Source: the human T2T-CHM13v2.0 reference genome, Homo sapiens
Assembly (NCBI RefSeq): GCF_009914755.1
Contig: NC_060947.1
DNA length: 64,000 bases
Direction: 5' to 3' (one strand)
Shown here: piece after piece, positions 13,591 to 27,323 of the stretch
How positions within the stretch are numbered: the stretch's first letter is position 1
Layout of the letters: every line of letters starts with the position of its first letter
Notes under the pieces: model-generated
Told to the model about the DNA's origin: nothing
The model's database searches: none
Seen by the model: only the letters and a program-made list of their open reading frames with translations
Program-made: the position numbers and the translations under genes

Positions 13591-15740
13591 AGTGATAATT
13601 TTTAGATTCTTTGTTCAGCTAGAATTCACTGTTAACGTAACCATCCTTAAAACTTTCTGAGGTTCTTACTTTGAAAATTTCTCTAACAAATAACCTACCC
13701 TACTAAATATTCTACACCATACATTCACGGAAGGAATCATACAATATTGACACCCGAAGGGACTTGGAACCCAGCTCACCCACCACTCTGCATTTGAGGA
13801 GACTGGAGAAACTGCAGACTCATCCCTAGTATTGAAATATAATTTTCAAAATGTTAAAAACAGGACTTTTATACAAATATAGAATGAATGCTGTCAAAGA
13901 TTTTATCCATCTCATTAATTAATGAGAGAGCCAACAAGATAGTAAGGTTGTTTCAAAGGACAGATATTTATATATAGTCAGTCAAAGGAATGATGAAATA
14001 AATTTGCCACTAGATACAAAACTGGCAAATGTCTTATGGGACCATAAAACTGTAGCTAGTGGGGTCATCTTCTCTACTGGACAAAAATATACAAATTAAC
14101 AACTAAATTCAGTGTCTGTGCTCCGATTAGATAGAAATAGCAAAGCCAAACATAAGTGCATTCTCCTGTGCAATCAAATAATTCTTGGGTGAGCCTGCTT
14201 AAAATTGCATTGAAGGGACATGCATCATTTTCTTGCGTTAGTTTCCAGTTTGGGGGATGTATATATATATTTGACACTAGGCAGAACCTGAACCAGCATC
14301 AGGATCCCAGTGCATTTTTAAACTTCCCTACTCTTGGTATATCAGTAATGACATCATGTTTGGCAGCTGTTTTGAAGCATTTCCCCACTGAAACAATGAT
14401 ATCAGTTGACAGTAACATGTGTGATATACTCCCCTGGGCTTGCCTGTGGTTATATGGGACCTCTAACCCAACCCTTTTTTCTCCTACTACAGAAAGCGTA
14501 TGTAAATGTGTGACCTTGATATTATTATAAGATATATATATAATATCACTATTACTACTTGTATGATATATATCTTATATATATTTGCTTTTTACTTAAG
14601 AAACTATTCTTAAACTTTGCTACTTAAACTATTATTAGTAAAAAAAACTTTCTTCACAGCTTACACCATAGCTGACCTCAACATATTAGCATGACATGAC
14701 ATGCCTTCAGGAATGATAATGTATGAGATGCAAAGCTCCCATGTTTTACAAAACCCCATTCTGCCTTACTTCAATTTGTTTCTGTTTCTCTGTAACTGGC
14801 CTTGCCTTGTGCTGTGGAATCTCAAATTCCATGCGCTTGGCCTGACAGCAAGAAGTGCTGGAACATATGTTGTTTGAGACACATTGAGTAATCCTTAACC
14901 ATTTACTGCCCACCCGACAATTACGGCCTTGTGGTCACAGGGACACTCGGCAAGCTTCCCTAATGCCTGATGAACTCTAGTTCATCACATAGCATCTGCC
15001 AAGCCTATATTTCAACTATCCAACAGGGATGAGGATGCATTTTTTAAATCCTCTGGGTCACATGTCTCAGTGGTTTTCTTCTGCTGAGATGATGTTCAGG
15101 CTCATGGTGGCTTCAGGATTATCATAAGCACCCTTTGTCTGGACATGTCCTGAAACTCAGCAGAGGCCTTCTCTCAACATGTCCTATACCCTGTGACCTT
15201 GTGCCTCTGTCTATGGCTGATTGATGCGTGAAAGAGAGTAGAAACCCAACTCCATTGAGATTGGTGAGGCTGTCTCTCTTGAAAATTTGGACCTTGGAAC
15301 AGAGAGAGACAGCACTTGGAGAGGTGTTGGCACTGAGTCCTTGCTGAACATAGCTTTTTGTTAAATTGTTTTTAGTTTTCATGCTGTAGTTAAGTACAAA
15401 GACCTTTCCAACATGTCATCTAAAGATCATTTCACCCACTGCTGGGTTTGGCCATCATTCTCTCGTCTTTCTCTTCAGCAATGGTGAAGTGGATACCTTT
15501 TCCCTGAGGAAGAGAAATCCATGGTTTGTTGCCTTTGCTAATAACAAAAATGTTGGAAAGCCAGGTGGCAAAGCTGTTGCCATTGGTATGTTTCACATGA
15601 ACCACATTAAAACAACCAGAATGTCTTTCTCTGTTGGCCACACCAGTTCTTCCCAGGCGAGTACCCTACATGATCAGGTTAGTACCCTACATGATCAGAA
15701 GCACTTGAGTAATATATTATAGAAATGATCCCTGAAAGTA

Positions 15741-15817
15741 TAGTAGTCCCCCCTTATCTGTGGTTTCCCTTTCTGGGGGTCTTGAACATATCCCTGTGGA
15801 TAAGGGGGAGACTAGTG
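15741..15817. mobile_element. Miniature MER44-like (Tigger family) element, termini only
   Basis: TA|TAGTAGTCCCCCCTTATCTGTGG...CTGTGGATAAGGGGGAGACTAGTG|TA: inverted termini, TA TSDs, 77 bp. Confidence 0.75.
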
Positions 15818-16209
15818 TATAGTCTTTGGCCACGGCTCTTTAGAAATTCAGTGGATGCCATCTAAGGGCCCTGGAACTGCCTGAGGCTCACCTCATCTGG
15901 TAAGCTAACAATTCCTTTGGTTCTGAGATATGTTGAGGGTTTTTCTATTAAATTTCCCTCCATCTTTTGTTGTTATTAATTTTGTAAAAGTTGGTTTCAG
16001 TTGTTTAAAAGTGAGAACACATTAATAGAGACCTCTACAAAGTAATAGAGTAGATGGAAGCTGGACTGACTTGAGTTAAGGGAACTTTGGTTCTAGCCCT
16101 AACTGTGTCACTCATGTGGTGTGACTGTGAATAAGTCATGTGCATTCTCCAAACCTTTATTTCCTCTACCATAATAAAAGGGGGTGAACCAGAAGAGCTT
16201 TAAGTTGAT

Positions 16210-16775
16210 GCCGTTTTTTCAAGTGACTCCGAAACTCTTTGACATCCTTCCATTGAGACGTGGGGCTATGTTTCCTCTTTTTGAATCTAGGTGGGCTTGT
16301 GACTGTTTCAACCAATAGAGAATGGCAGAAATGATACTGTGTGACTTCTGAGCCTGGGTCCTATAAGGCAATGCAGCTTCTGCCTTGTTTGCTGAGACCC
16401 TTGTGCTGGAGCCCTAAGCCACCATGTAAGAAGTTGGCTATACTATGGTAGCCTTACTGTGATGAAGCCCAAGCCACATTCAGGGGCCACATGTTGGAGT
16501 TATAGCTGAGTCTCAGCTAAGCTCTTTGCCAACAGCCATTATCAACTGTTAACAATGTGAATGGCCATCTTGGATGTCCAGCCCAAGCTAGCCTTCAGAT
16601 GACATCTGCCTACAATCACGTGACAGATCCCATAGTGAGAACAGTCCAGACAAACCTTTCCAAAATTCTTGACCCAAATTCTCCTTATAGCTCCCTCTGA
16701 CTCTAATAAAATGGTTGTTTTATAGCAATAAATTTGGAGGTTGTTTATTACACAGCCAGAATCACGGAAACTGTT
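16210..16775 (+). mobile_element. MLT1G/H-like MaLR LTR
   Basis: ctttgacatccttccattgag...ccaatagagaatggcagaaatgatactgtgtgacttctgag...aataaaatggttgtttt. Confidence 0.75.
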
Positions 16776-19399
16776 ACCCTCTGGCCTTTACAGTCCTTTA
16801 CACCCTTCCTCCATTCTTCTATCTGTCCATCCAGCCAGCACTTTTAAAGGTATGACTGTACATGGCACTGAGACCTCAAAAATGAATCAATAACTGTTCA
16901 TGGCTTTGCAGAGCTTCCGGAGTATATGGGAAGGAGAGAACCAGCGTGAATCAAACCATCTCAAACCACAGGATGTATTACAAAAGAGTAGCAAGACAGC
17001 ATGTGCAGCAAGCACTGGAAACTTTGTATTTGGAATGGTTAAATCTGACTGGTAAGCAAGATTCCTAAGATCCTGGATCTCATGAGGGGATATTGTAATA
17101 GAAGAGACAATCAATAAATTACTAAACAAGGGAATACATCAGCAATGGGGAGGATGGAGTGAGGTGAGTGAGGCTGGAGCATGGGAAGTCAATTATGAGG
17201 CTGAGGTAAAGTGCAGGTGAGCAAGGAAGAGAAGGGAACAGGGTGAGTGAAATGGAAGAAGGCTGGCAGGAGAGCCAAGTAGCAGTGGGCAATAGACTGG
17301 GCTTGGCAATTAATTGAAGTGTCTGGTCTGGGTTGGCTGCCTCACATCATTTCTAGGCTCATCCACCCTCTTGGTTGGAGGGTGCATTGCCCTTCCAAGG
17401 GGCTGTCCTTGGACTCTACTGAAAACCTCCATCTCAAAACCTGCCTTTGTGAAAGATTATGAAAACGTCATTCACATGAAGGTGTTAGTGACCAATAGTA
17501 AGATTTAATGTGTTACATTTTCCTAGGACATCAGTAGTCTAACATGTTAAATTAAAGGAATGAAACCCTAAGAATCAGAATGTCTGTAATTGACAAGAGG
17601 GGATTGTGTATTACTCAAGTCAGCCAGAGTCAAAAGCGGGTAAATGCAGCAGGGCTGTATGAGGGACCATTCAATCCCTTCCTCTTTATCCCCTAGCTTT
17701 CTATGTATCTTCTCTTTCATTCTCTTTGTGGCTCTGCATCATTCTCTCTTTCAGGTTGAATGGCTTTTTTCTGCTTCTCTGGACACGTGGGCCGAACACG
17801 GGAGCCCCAAATGGTGCCCTTGGCCCTGAAGTCTGCATTGTCTTACAAGTCCATCAGCTGTAGTTAACTACTGACCCAGTTCAGTCCCACTTCCAAATTT
17901 TGGGCAAGAGACCATAGCCCAGCTTGGATCCAAGTCTTCCCCATTACACTGAGCTGTGAGCAGGCTTGTGGGGCTTCATGGCAAGTCAGGAGCAGGTTGC
18001 GTGGCAGAAGGTTGCCTGAGCAGAGCCGTGCGTGAGGAGGAGACAGTGATCACCTCTGTTGCACTAGAGGGAGCTTTTGGTGAAGGGCACCCCAAGATGC
18101 ATATTCCATCTGATATATGATTACTCATAAGGCATAATTTGTCCTCAGTATTTATTGTGGAGACTATTGGCAGCTATTGCTAGAAACATTCTTCCCCTAG
18201 CTACACTGTTCCAAAAGGAGATGGAAAAGATCAGTGACAGCTGGTGGTTTGTTTCAATTCTTTTAAGTCTCAGATGACTGTAGTTTTCTGTTAATTAGCC
18301 TCCAGGAAGGCCCTCCTTTACTTTGTTTCCTGTGATGGAGCAACGGGCATTTCATCCTAGACATGGTGGCACTTTCTCTGCAATTTTGCTTGCCTTATTT
18401 TCCCAGAAATTAAGGTGGATGCATTCCCTGTTGACTCAGTTGCTACAATAAAGAAGAGAGTCTAGTGCTTCTGGGAAAATCCTGCCCACTCAAACCTCAG
18501 GGGGCAGGGGGCAGGGGGCAAGGCACTAGCCATCATTGAGTTCCTATAGTGTGCCAGGTACTGTGCCAGGAACAATCCCACCAACCTCCTCCACTGATCT
18601 TATAGGAACGACGTGATGCTCAGCAAAGAGAAGTCCCATGTGGTGGATGGGTTTGTAACCACAACCACACAGCTTCTTATTTAGATATTTTTTTTCTATA
18701 CATGGCATCATCATGGTTGTTTTTTGGAACACGAAGTCATAGAGTTATTAGATACCTTGTTTGAAGTAACGCAGCATAACTGTATTAGGAAATAACCTTC
18801 CCCTAGAATCTTCTGATACTTCTAAGCGGGGATGGTGTGTATGTATGGAGGATTTGCTATGAAGGGAGGATCTTCAATTTTGGAGGATGAAGGAACCACA
18901 AGAAGTGGAACCTCAAATGGAAGGTCTAAATTTCCTTTGTTTGAACTTAGATTTTCTTCCAAGAGAGCTTTAACATTTGAAAATCTTGCATCTTGGAATG
19001 GAATAACTCCTTTAATAGGCTTCAAACAGAAAATTGCACAGTAACGTGCACCTTCTTGGGTTGACTAATCATTGTTTAATGGCTATAATGGAATTGCTGG
19101 CCACTTTTGAACCTTCTGGCATTAATCTCCAATTTCCTACACTGGAGAACTCCTCAGGAGGAAGGAAGTAGGAAGTACTAATGTTGGTATTTAACTCAAA
19201 AGCTGTAATTGGTTGGAAAGTCTGTAGCCATAAAATATTGCTGAAATCTACTGAATACATGAATCACACAATACACTTTATTTATTTTTCACAATTATCT
19301 TAACTGTAAGCAGTGTTATTCCAGCTTTAGAAAGAAGAGAATTTTAGGTTCAGAAGCTAAGTAACTTTCTCTGGAAAAGCATAAGAGGGTAGAGCTTAA

Positions 19400-19565
19400 T
19401 AAATGTAGATTTAAATCCTGACTTATTGCTTGTTAGGTGAAGGATCTTAGCCTCAGTTTTCTCATCTGTAAAATGGTGATCAGAGTCTCATCTGTAAAAT
19501 CATGGTCAGAGTCATCTATTTCACAATGTTTGAGTGAGGATGAAATAAGTTTCTATATGCTAGGC
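19400..19565 (+). mobile_element. MIR fragment with internal ~26-bp duplication
   Basis: cctcagttttctcatctgtaaaatgg core; tctcatctgtaaaat occurs twice. Confidence 0.7.
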
Positions 19566-19810
19566 TCCTGCTCTGACTACTCCACAAGGCCATGCAGTTC
19601 ATAAGAGGCAAGCCTTAGACTTGAACCCAGGGCCACTGGATTCACATTGCCTTCCTTGGTGAGATTTTGATTTTAAAATGAAGATAGACTGGTCAAGGAA
19701 AAGGTCTGTGGCTCAGAGTCAGCCCCTACGTTTAACTGATGGGAGACAACCAGTCCCTCTTCCCCATACATACATACACACATACATAATTCTTTAAGAA
19801 CATGCGTGTA

Positions 19811-20110
<300 letters not shown>

Positions 20111-20249
20111 AAGAACATGCATGTATGGATTTAAGGATAATTCTATTAGGATAGAGCAAGATAAATCATACAATGATGTGGAATGTATACTTATTGACAG
20201 ATGATAGTTCTGCTAGGCAATCCTTTTGTTGTTACTTGTTTTTCTTCAT

Positions 20250-20642
20250 GAATCAATTTCATTGAGGTATAATTTATATACAATAAAATAAACCTATTTT
20301 ATTTTTGATAAGTTTTGACAAATGTGTACATCTGTGAAACCACCATGACAATCAAATGATGAAGCAATCTCATTATACCAGAAAGTTATCTCATGCCCTT
20401 TGTAGTAAAGTTCCCCACCCTTGGCCCTAGGCAATCACAAATCTGTTATCCCTATAGTTTCTATCTGTCTGAATTTCATAGAAATGTAGTCATATAGTTT
20501 GTACTTTTTTTCTGCTTTCTTTTACTTAACATAGTGTCTGAGCTTCATCCATCTTGTTTTGCTGATGAGTAGTTTATTCCTTTTTATTGCTGTGTAGTGT
20601 TTAATTGTGTTTATATGCACATGTGTTTATCCATTCATCCTG
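20250..20642 (-). mobile_element. L1MB/ME-type 3' fragment
   Basis: attgaggtataatttatatacaataaaat...ttttgacaaatgtgtaca...ctaggcaatcacaaatctg...ttatccattcatcc. Confidence 0.75.
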
Positions 20643-21279
20643 GCCAGCAATTATTCAACAAGGGTTAGAGCCAGATAGTACCACCTTAGACCTGGGCAAC
20701 TGGAACCCCTCTCTGGGACCTGTGCTTCAGATGACCTCACTCTGGCCCTCTTGCAAACACGTTCTTCCCTATGAGTTAGAATGACTGTGAGGCCAAGGGG
20801 ATGTGACCACCTGGAACCCTTGCCTGGGTACACAGAACTAGAGAATCCCCTGCTTAAGTGGCCATGAGCCTGCTTCCAGGGCCTGCACAGACCGTTCCCC
20901 TAGATTAGTCCTCTTGAGGGTAGACAGTGATATACCCCCAAGCCCGAAGCAGGGTGGTCAGCAGTGGAAAAGGGGAGTGTAAGGGGTTGGGGGAATAGAG
21001 AGAGTACACAGATCTTGGATATGCAGGTAGAGCTGCTCATGTTTATGCATGCAAGTTTCCTCATGGAAAGAGAAGAGAGTCTGCTGTATGCTGGGGGCCT
21101 TTATTTCTATTAATTCCCCAGCCCACAAGTGATAGAGGCAGGCATGTAGCCATAGGAGTAGGAGCAGAAGGAAGGAAGAAACTCCAAGGAAGAGATGAAA
21201 CTGTAAAAAGACAGAAAAGCAATTTTAGAGGTCACAGAACAGAGGGTTTTAGAATTAGAAATGATTTTAGATTCCATGT

Positions 21280-21428
21280 TCTTTCATTCTTTAATTGCAC
21301 AGATGAGAAAGCTGAAGCCCAGAGAGGTTAAGTAATTTCTATAAGGTCACACAGCTAGTTAGTGACAGAGCTAAGATAAGAAGTGAGATTTTCTGATCTT
21401 AGACCAGAGTTCTTTCAATACACACAAG
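21280..21428 (-). mobile_element. MIR fragment
   Basis: acagatgagaaagctgaagcccagagaggttaagtaattt...aaggtcacacagctagttagtgacagagc. Confidence 0.75.
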
Positions 21429-24400
21429 AACAGTGGTCATCAAATTCTTTTGCTTGCATAACCCCTAAAATATTTTTGTTAAACCATGAATCCTCTTCAC
21501 ATATTTTGAGGTTAACTTCTACAATATTTTTAATTAGAAAGTTAAATGGTTGCAAAGGATATAATTTCTAGCATATGGAAAATATTGTCATTTTAAAATA
21601 AAACTGTCATGTCACTCTTGGAAGCAAAATCTAAATGCCATACTCAGTTGCTATCCATCGACATTCTTTTTTTAAACTTTTAAGTTCAGGGGTAAATGTG
21701 CAGGTTTGTTACATCGGTAAACTTGTCTCATGGGGGTTTGCTGGACAGAGTATTTCATAACCGAGGTATCAAGCCTAGTACCCATTAGTTATTTTTCCTA
21801 ATCCTCTCCCTCCTTCCACTCTCTACCCCCAGGTAGGCCCCAGGGTGTGTGGTTCCTCTCTGTGTGTCCATGTTTTTTCAACATTGAGCTGCCGCTTGTA
21901 AGTGAGAAAAGGCAGTATTTGGTTTTCTGTTCCTGCATTAGTTTGCTAAGGATAAAGGCCTCCAGCTCCATCCATGTCCCTGCAAAGGACGTGATCTCAT
22001 TCTTTTTTATGGCGGCACAGTATTCCATGGTGTATATGTACCACATTTTCTTTATCCAGTCTACCAATGAAGGGCATTTAGGTTGATTCCATGTCTTTGC
22101 TATTGTGAATAGTGCTGCAGTGAACATACACATGCATATGTCTTTATGATAGAATGATTTATATTCCTTTGGGTATATACCCAGTTGTGGGATTGCTGGA
22201 TTGAATGGTATTTCTGTTTTTAGCTTTATGAGGAATCACCATACTGCTTTCCACAATTGTGGAACTAATTTACACTCCCACCAACAGTGTATAAGCATTC
22301 CTTTTTCTCCGAAATCTCGCCAGTATCTGTTATTTTTTGACTTTTTAATAATAGTCATTCTGACTGGTGTGAGATGGTGTCTCATGATTTTTATTCGCAT
22401 TTCTCTGGTGATCAGTGATGTTGAGCTTTCTTACATGTGCATATAGGTCAGATGTGTGTTTTCTTTTGAAAAGTGTCTGTTCATGTCCTTTGCCCACATG
22501 TTAATGGAGTTTCTTTTTTTTTTGCTTGTAAATTTGTTTAAGTTCCTGATAGATGCTGGACATTAGACCTTCATCAGATACATAGTTTGTAAATATATTC
22601 TCCCATTCTGTAGGTTGTCTGTTTACTCTATTGATAGTTTCTTTTGTTGTGCAGAAGCTGTTTAGTTTAATTAAATCCCATTTGTCAAATTTTGCTTTTC
22701 TTGCAATTGCTTTTGGCGTCTTCATCATGAATCTTTGCCTGTTCCTATGTCCAGAGTGGTGTTGCCTAGGTTGTCTTCCCGGGTGTTCATAGTTTGGGGT
22801 TTTACACTTAAGTCTTTAATCCGTCTTGAGTTGATTTTTTGTATATCATGTAAGGAAGGGGTCCAGTTTCAATCTTCTGCTTATGGCTAGCCAGTTATCC
22901 CAGCACCACTTATTGAATAGGGAGTCCTTTCCCCATTGCTTATTTTTGTCTGGTTTATTGAAGATCACAGGGTTATAGGTGTGCGGCTTTATTTCTGAGC
23001 TTTGTATTCTGTTCCGTTGGTCTATGTGTCTGTTTTTGTACCAGTGCCAGGCTGTTGTGGTTACTTAAACCTGTGGTATAGTTTGAAGTCAGCTAGTGTG
23101 ATGCCTCCAGCTTTATTCTTTTTGCTTAGAATTATCTTGGCTATTCAGGCTCTTTTTTTATTCTATATGAATTTTAAAATAGTTTTTTCTAGTTCTGTGA
23201 AGAATATCATTGGTAGTTTGATAGGAATAGCATTGAATCTATAAATTGCTTTGGGCAGTATGGCCGTTTGACCAATATTGATTCTTCCTATCCAGGAGCA
23301 TGGAATGTTCTTCCATTTGTTTGTGTCATTTCCGGTTTCTTTCAGCCGTGTTTTGTAATTCTCATTGTAGAGATCTTTCACCTCCCTGGTTAGCTGTATT
23401 CCTAAGTATTTTATTCTTTTTGTGGTAATTGTGAATGGTATTGCATTACTAATTTGGCTATTGGGTTGGCTGTTGGTGGTGTATATAATGCTAGTGATTT
23501 TTGTACATTGATTTCATGTCCTGAAATTTTGCTAAAGTTGTTTATCAGCTCAGGGAACTTTGGGGCCAGGACTATGGGGTTTTCTAGATACAGAATCATG
23601 TCGTTTGCAAACAGGGTTAGTTTGACGTCCTCTCTTTCTATTTAGATGTGTTTTATTTCTTTCTTTTGCCTGATTGCTCTGGCCAGGACTTCCAATATTA
23701 CGTTGAATAGGAATGGTGGAGATGGCATTCTTGTTTTGTGCCAGTTTTCAAGAAGAATGTTTCCAACTTTTGCCCATTCAATATGATGTTGGCTGTGGGT
23801 TTGTCATAGATGGCTCTTATCATTTTGATGTATGTTCCTTCAATACCTAGTTTATGAGAGTTTTTAGCAAGAAGCAGTGTTGAATTTTATTGACAGTCTT
23901 TTCTGGATCTCTTGAGATTACTATGTAATTTTTTTCTTTAGTTCTGTTTATGTGATGAATTATATTTATTGATTTGCATGCGTTGAACCAAACGTGCGTC
24001 CCAGGGATAAAGCCTACTTGACTGTGGTGGATAAGCTTTTTGATGCGCTGCTGGATTTGGTTTGCCAGTATTTTCTTGAGGATTTTTGCATCACTGTTCA
24101 TCAAGGATATTCGCCTGAAGTTTTCTCTTTTTTGTTGTGTCTGCCAGGTTTTGGTACCAGGATGATGCTGGCATCATAGAATGAGTTAGGGAGGAGTCCC
24201 TCCTCCTCATTTTGGGGAAATAATTTCAGTAGAAATAGTAGTACCAGCTCTTCTTTGTACATCTGGTAGAATTTGGCTGTGAATCTGTCTGACCCTGGGT
24301 TTTTTTTTTTTTTTTTTTTGGTTGGTAGGCTATTTATTACTGATTCAATTTTGGAGCTCATTATTGGTCTGTTCAGGGATTCAATTTCTTCCCAGTTCAG

Positions 24401-26265
24401 TGTTGTGATGGTGTATCTGTCCAGGAATTTATCAATTTCTTCTAGATTTTCTAGTTTGTGTGCATAGAGGTGTTCATAATATTCTCTGATGATTATTTTT
24501 ATGTCTGTGGGGTCAGTGGTAATATCCCCTTTGTCATTTATAATGGTGTTGATTTGATCTTCATTCTTTTCTTCTTTATTAGTCTAGTTAGCAGTCTATC
24601 TGTTTTCTCTCTCTCTCTCTCCCTCTTTTTTTTTTTTCAAAAAACCTTCTCCTGGGTTTGTTGATTTTTTGAATGTTTTTTTTGTGTGTGTGTCTCAATA
24701 TCGTTCAGTTCAACTCTGATTTTGGTTATTTGTCTTCTGCTAGCTTTGGGGTTGGTTTGCTCTTGGTTCTGCAGTTTTTTTAGTTGTGATGTTAGGTTGT
24801 TAACTTGAAATCTTTCTAACATTTTGATGTGGGCATTTAGTGCTATAAATTTCCCTCTTAACACTTCCTTAGCTGTGTCCCAGAATTTCTGGTATGTTGT
24901 ATCTTGGTTCTCATTATTTTCAAAGAACTTCTTGATTTCTTCCTTGATTTAATTATTTACCCTAAAGTCATTCAGGAGCGGGTTATTCAATTTCCATGTA
25001 ATTGTACGGTTTTGTGCAATTTTCTTAGACTTAATTTCTAATTGTATTGCGCTGTGATCTGAGAGAGTGGTTGGTATGATTTTAGTTCTTCTGCATTTGC
25101 TGAGGATTATTTTACGTCTCATTGCATGGTTGGTTTTAAAGTATGTGCCATGTGGTGATGAGAAGAATGTATACTCTGTTGTTTTTGGGTGGAGAGTTCT
25201 GTAGATGTCTATCAGATCCATTTAATCCAGTGCTGAGTTCAGGTCCTGAATATCTTTGTTAATTTTCTGCTTCAGTGATCTCTCTCTAAGTGGGGTGTTG
25301 AAGACTCTTGCTATTATTGTGTGGGAGTCTAAGTCTCTTTGAAGGTCTTTACAAACTTGCTTTTTGAATCTGGGTGCTCCTGTGTTGGGTTCATATACAT
25401 TTATGATAATTAGGTCTCCATGTTGAGTTGAAGACTTTACCATTATGTAATGCCCTTCTTTGTCTTTTTTTAATCTTTGTTGGTTTAAAGTCTGTTTTGT
25501 CTGAAATTAGGATTGCAACCCCTGCTTATTTATGTTTTGATTTGCTTGGTAGATTTTTCTCCATCCCTTTATTTTGAGCCTATGGGTGTCATTGCATGTG
25601 AGATGGGTGTCTTGCAGACAGCATACCATTGGGTTGGGTTTTGCTTCTTTATCCAGCTTGCCACTCTGTGCTTTTTAATTGGGGCATTTAGCCTGTTTAC
25701 ATTCAAGGTTAGTATTGATACATGTGCATTTGATCCTGTCATCATGATGTTTGCTGGTTATTATGCAGACTTGCTTGTGTGGTTGCTTTATAGTGTCACT
25801 GGTCTGTGTACTTAAATGTATTTTTGTAGTGGCTGACAATGGTCTTTCCTTTCCATATTTAGTGCTTCTTTCAAGAGCTCTTGTAAAGCAGGTCTGGTGG
25901 TAACGAATTGCTTCAGCAGTTGCATGTCTGGAAAGGATCTTATTTTTGCTTTGCTTATGAAGCTTAGTTTGGCTGGATATAAAATTCTTGGTTGGGATTG
26001 TTTTCTTTAAGAATGTTGAATATAGGCCCCCCAATTTCTTCTGGCTTGTAGGGTTTCTGCTGAGAGGTCTGCTGTTAGTGTGATGGGCTTCCTTTTGTAG
26101 GTGATCTGCCCTTTCTCTCTAGCTGTCTTTAACATTTTTTTTTTTCATTTCAACCTTGGAGAATCTGATGATTATGTGTCTTGGGGATGATCTTCTTATG
26201 AAGTATCTTTCTGGGGTTCTCTGTATTTCCTTAATTTGAATGTTGGCCTCTCTAGCTAGGTTGGG

Positions 26266-27323
26266 TATCGGGGAAACCCTCCCCCGATAATTCAATGTGA
26301 GTCTTTTTCTATTTTCCCTGAGTGTTGGCCTGTCTGAGAAATAAAGGGAAAGAGTACAAAAGAGAGAAATTTTAAAGCTGGGTGTCTGGGGAAGACATCA
26401 CATGTCGGCAGGTTCTGTAATGCCCCCCAAGCCGCAAAACCAGCAAGTTTTTATTAGTGATTTTCAAAAGGGGAGGGAGTGTATGAGGGTGTGGGTCACA
26501 GAGATCACATGGTTCACAAGGTAATAAAATATCACAAGGCAAATGGAGGCAGGGCGAGATCACAGGACCGGGGCAAAATTAAAATTGCTAATGAAGTTTT
26601 GGGCATGCATTGTTATTGATAACATCTTATCAGGAGACAGGGTTTGAGAGCAGACAACCGGTCTGACCAAAATTTATTAAGCGGGAATTTCCCTGTCCTG
26701 ATAAGCCTGGGAGCGCTGCGGGAGACCAGGGCTTATTTCATCCCTTATCTACAATCATAAAAGACAGATGTCCCCAGAGAGGCCAGTTTAGAGGCCTGCC
26801 CCTAGGCATGCTTTCTCTTTCTCAGGGCTGTTCCTTGCTGAGAAAAAGAATTCAGCGATATTTCTCCCATTTGCTTTTGAAATAAGAGAAATATGGCTCT
26901 GTTCCACCTGGCTCTCAGGCAGCCAGACCTAATGGTTATCTCCCTTGTTCCCTGAACATCACTGTTATCCTGTTCTTTTTTCAAGGTGCCCAGATTTCAT
27001 ATTGTTTAAACAATTTGTGCAGTTAACGCAATCACCACAGGGTCCTGAGGCAACATTCATCCTCAGCTTACGAAGATGACGGGATTAAGAGATTAAAGTG
27101 AAGACAGGCATAGGAAATCACAAGAGTATTGATTGGGGCAGTGATAAATGTCCATGAAATCTTCACGATTTATGTTCAGAGATTGCAGTAAAGGCAGGTA
27201 TAAGAAATTATAAAAGTATTAATTTGGGGAACTAATAAATGTCCATGAAATCTTCACAATTTATGTTCTTCTGCCATGGCTTCAGCTGGTCCCTCCATTC
27301 AGGGTCCCTGACTTCCTGCAACA
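26266..27323 (-). mobile_element. MER11 LTR (3' LTR of HERV-K11/HML-8)
   Basis: Minus strand starts TGTTGCAGGAAGTCAGGGACCC...GCCATGGCAGAAGAACATAAATTGTGAAGATTTCATGG, preceded by polypurine tract AAAAAGAAAGGGAGAGA (27324-27340). Confidence 0.93.

Noticed and set aside
18499-18522. GGGGGCA repeat as a G-quadruplex
   Set aside because: Only three long G-runs; common and unremarkable.
21798-26034. Active L1 ORF2/ORF1
   Set aside because: Broken into many short ORFs by stops and frameshifts and interrupted by the ERV.
27130-27265. Repeated aaatgtccatgaaatcttcac blocks
   Set aside because: Known internal repeat structure of MER11 LTRs.
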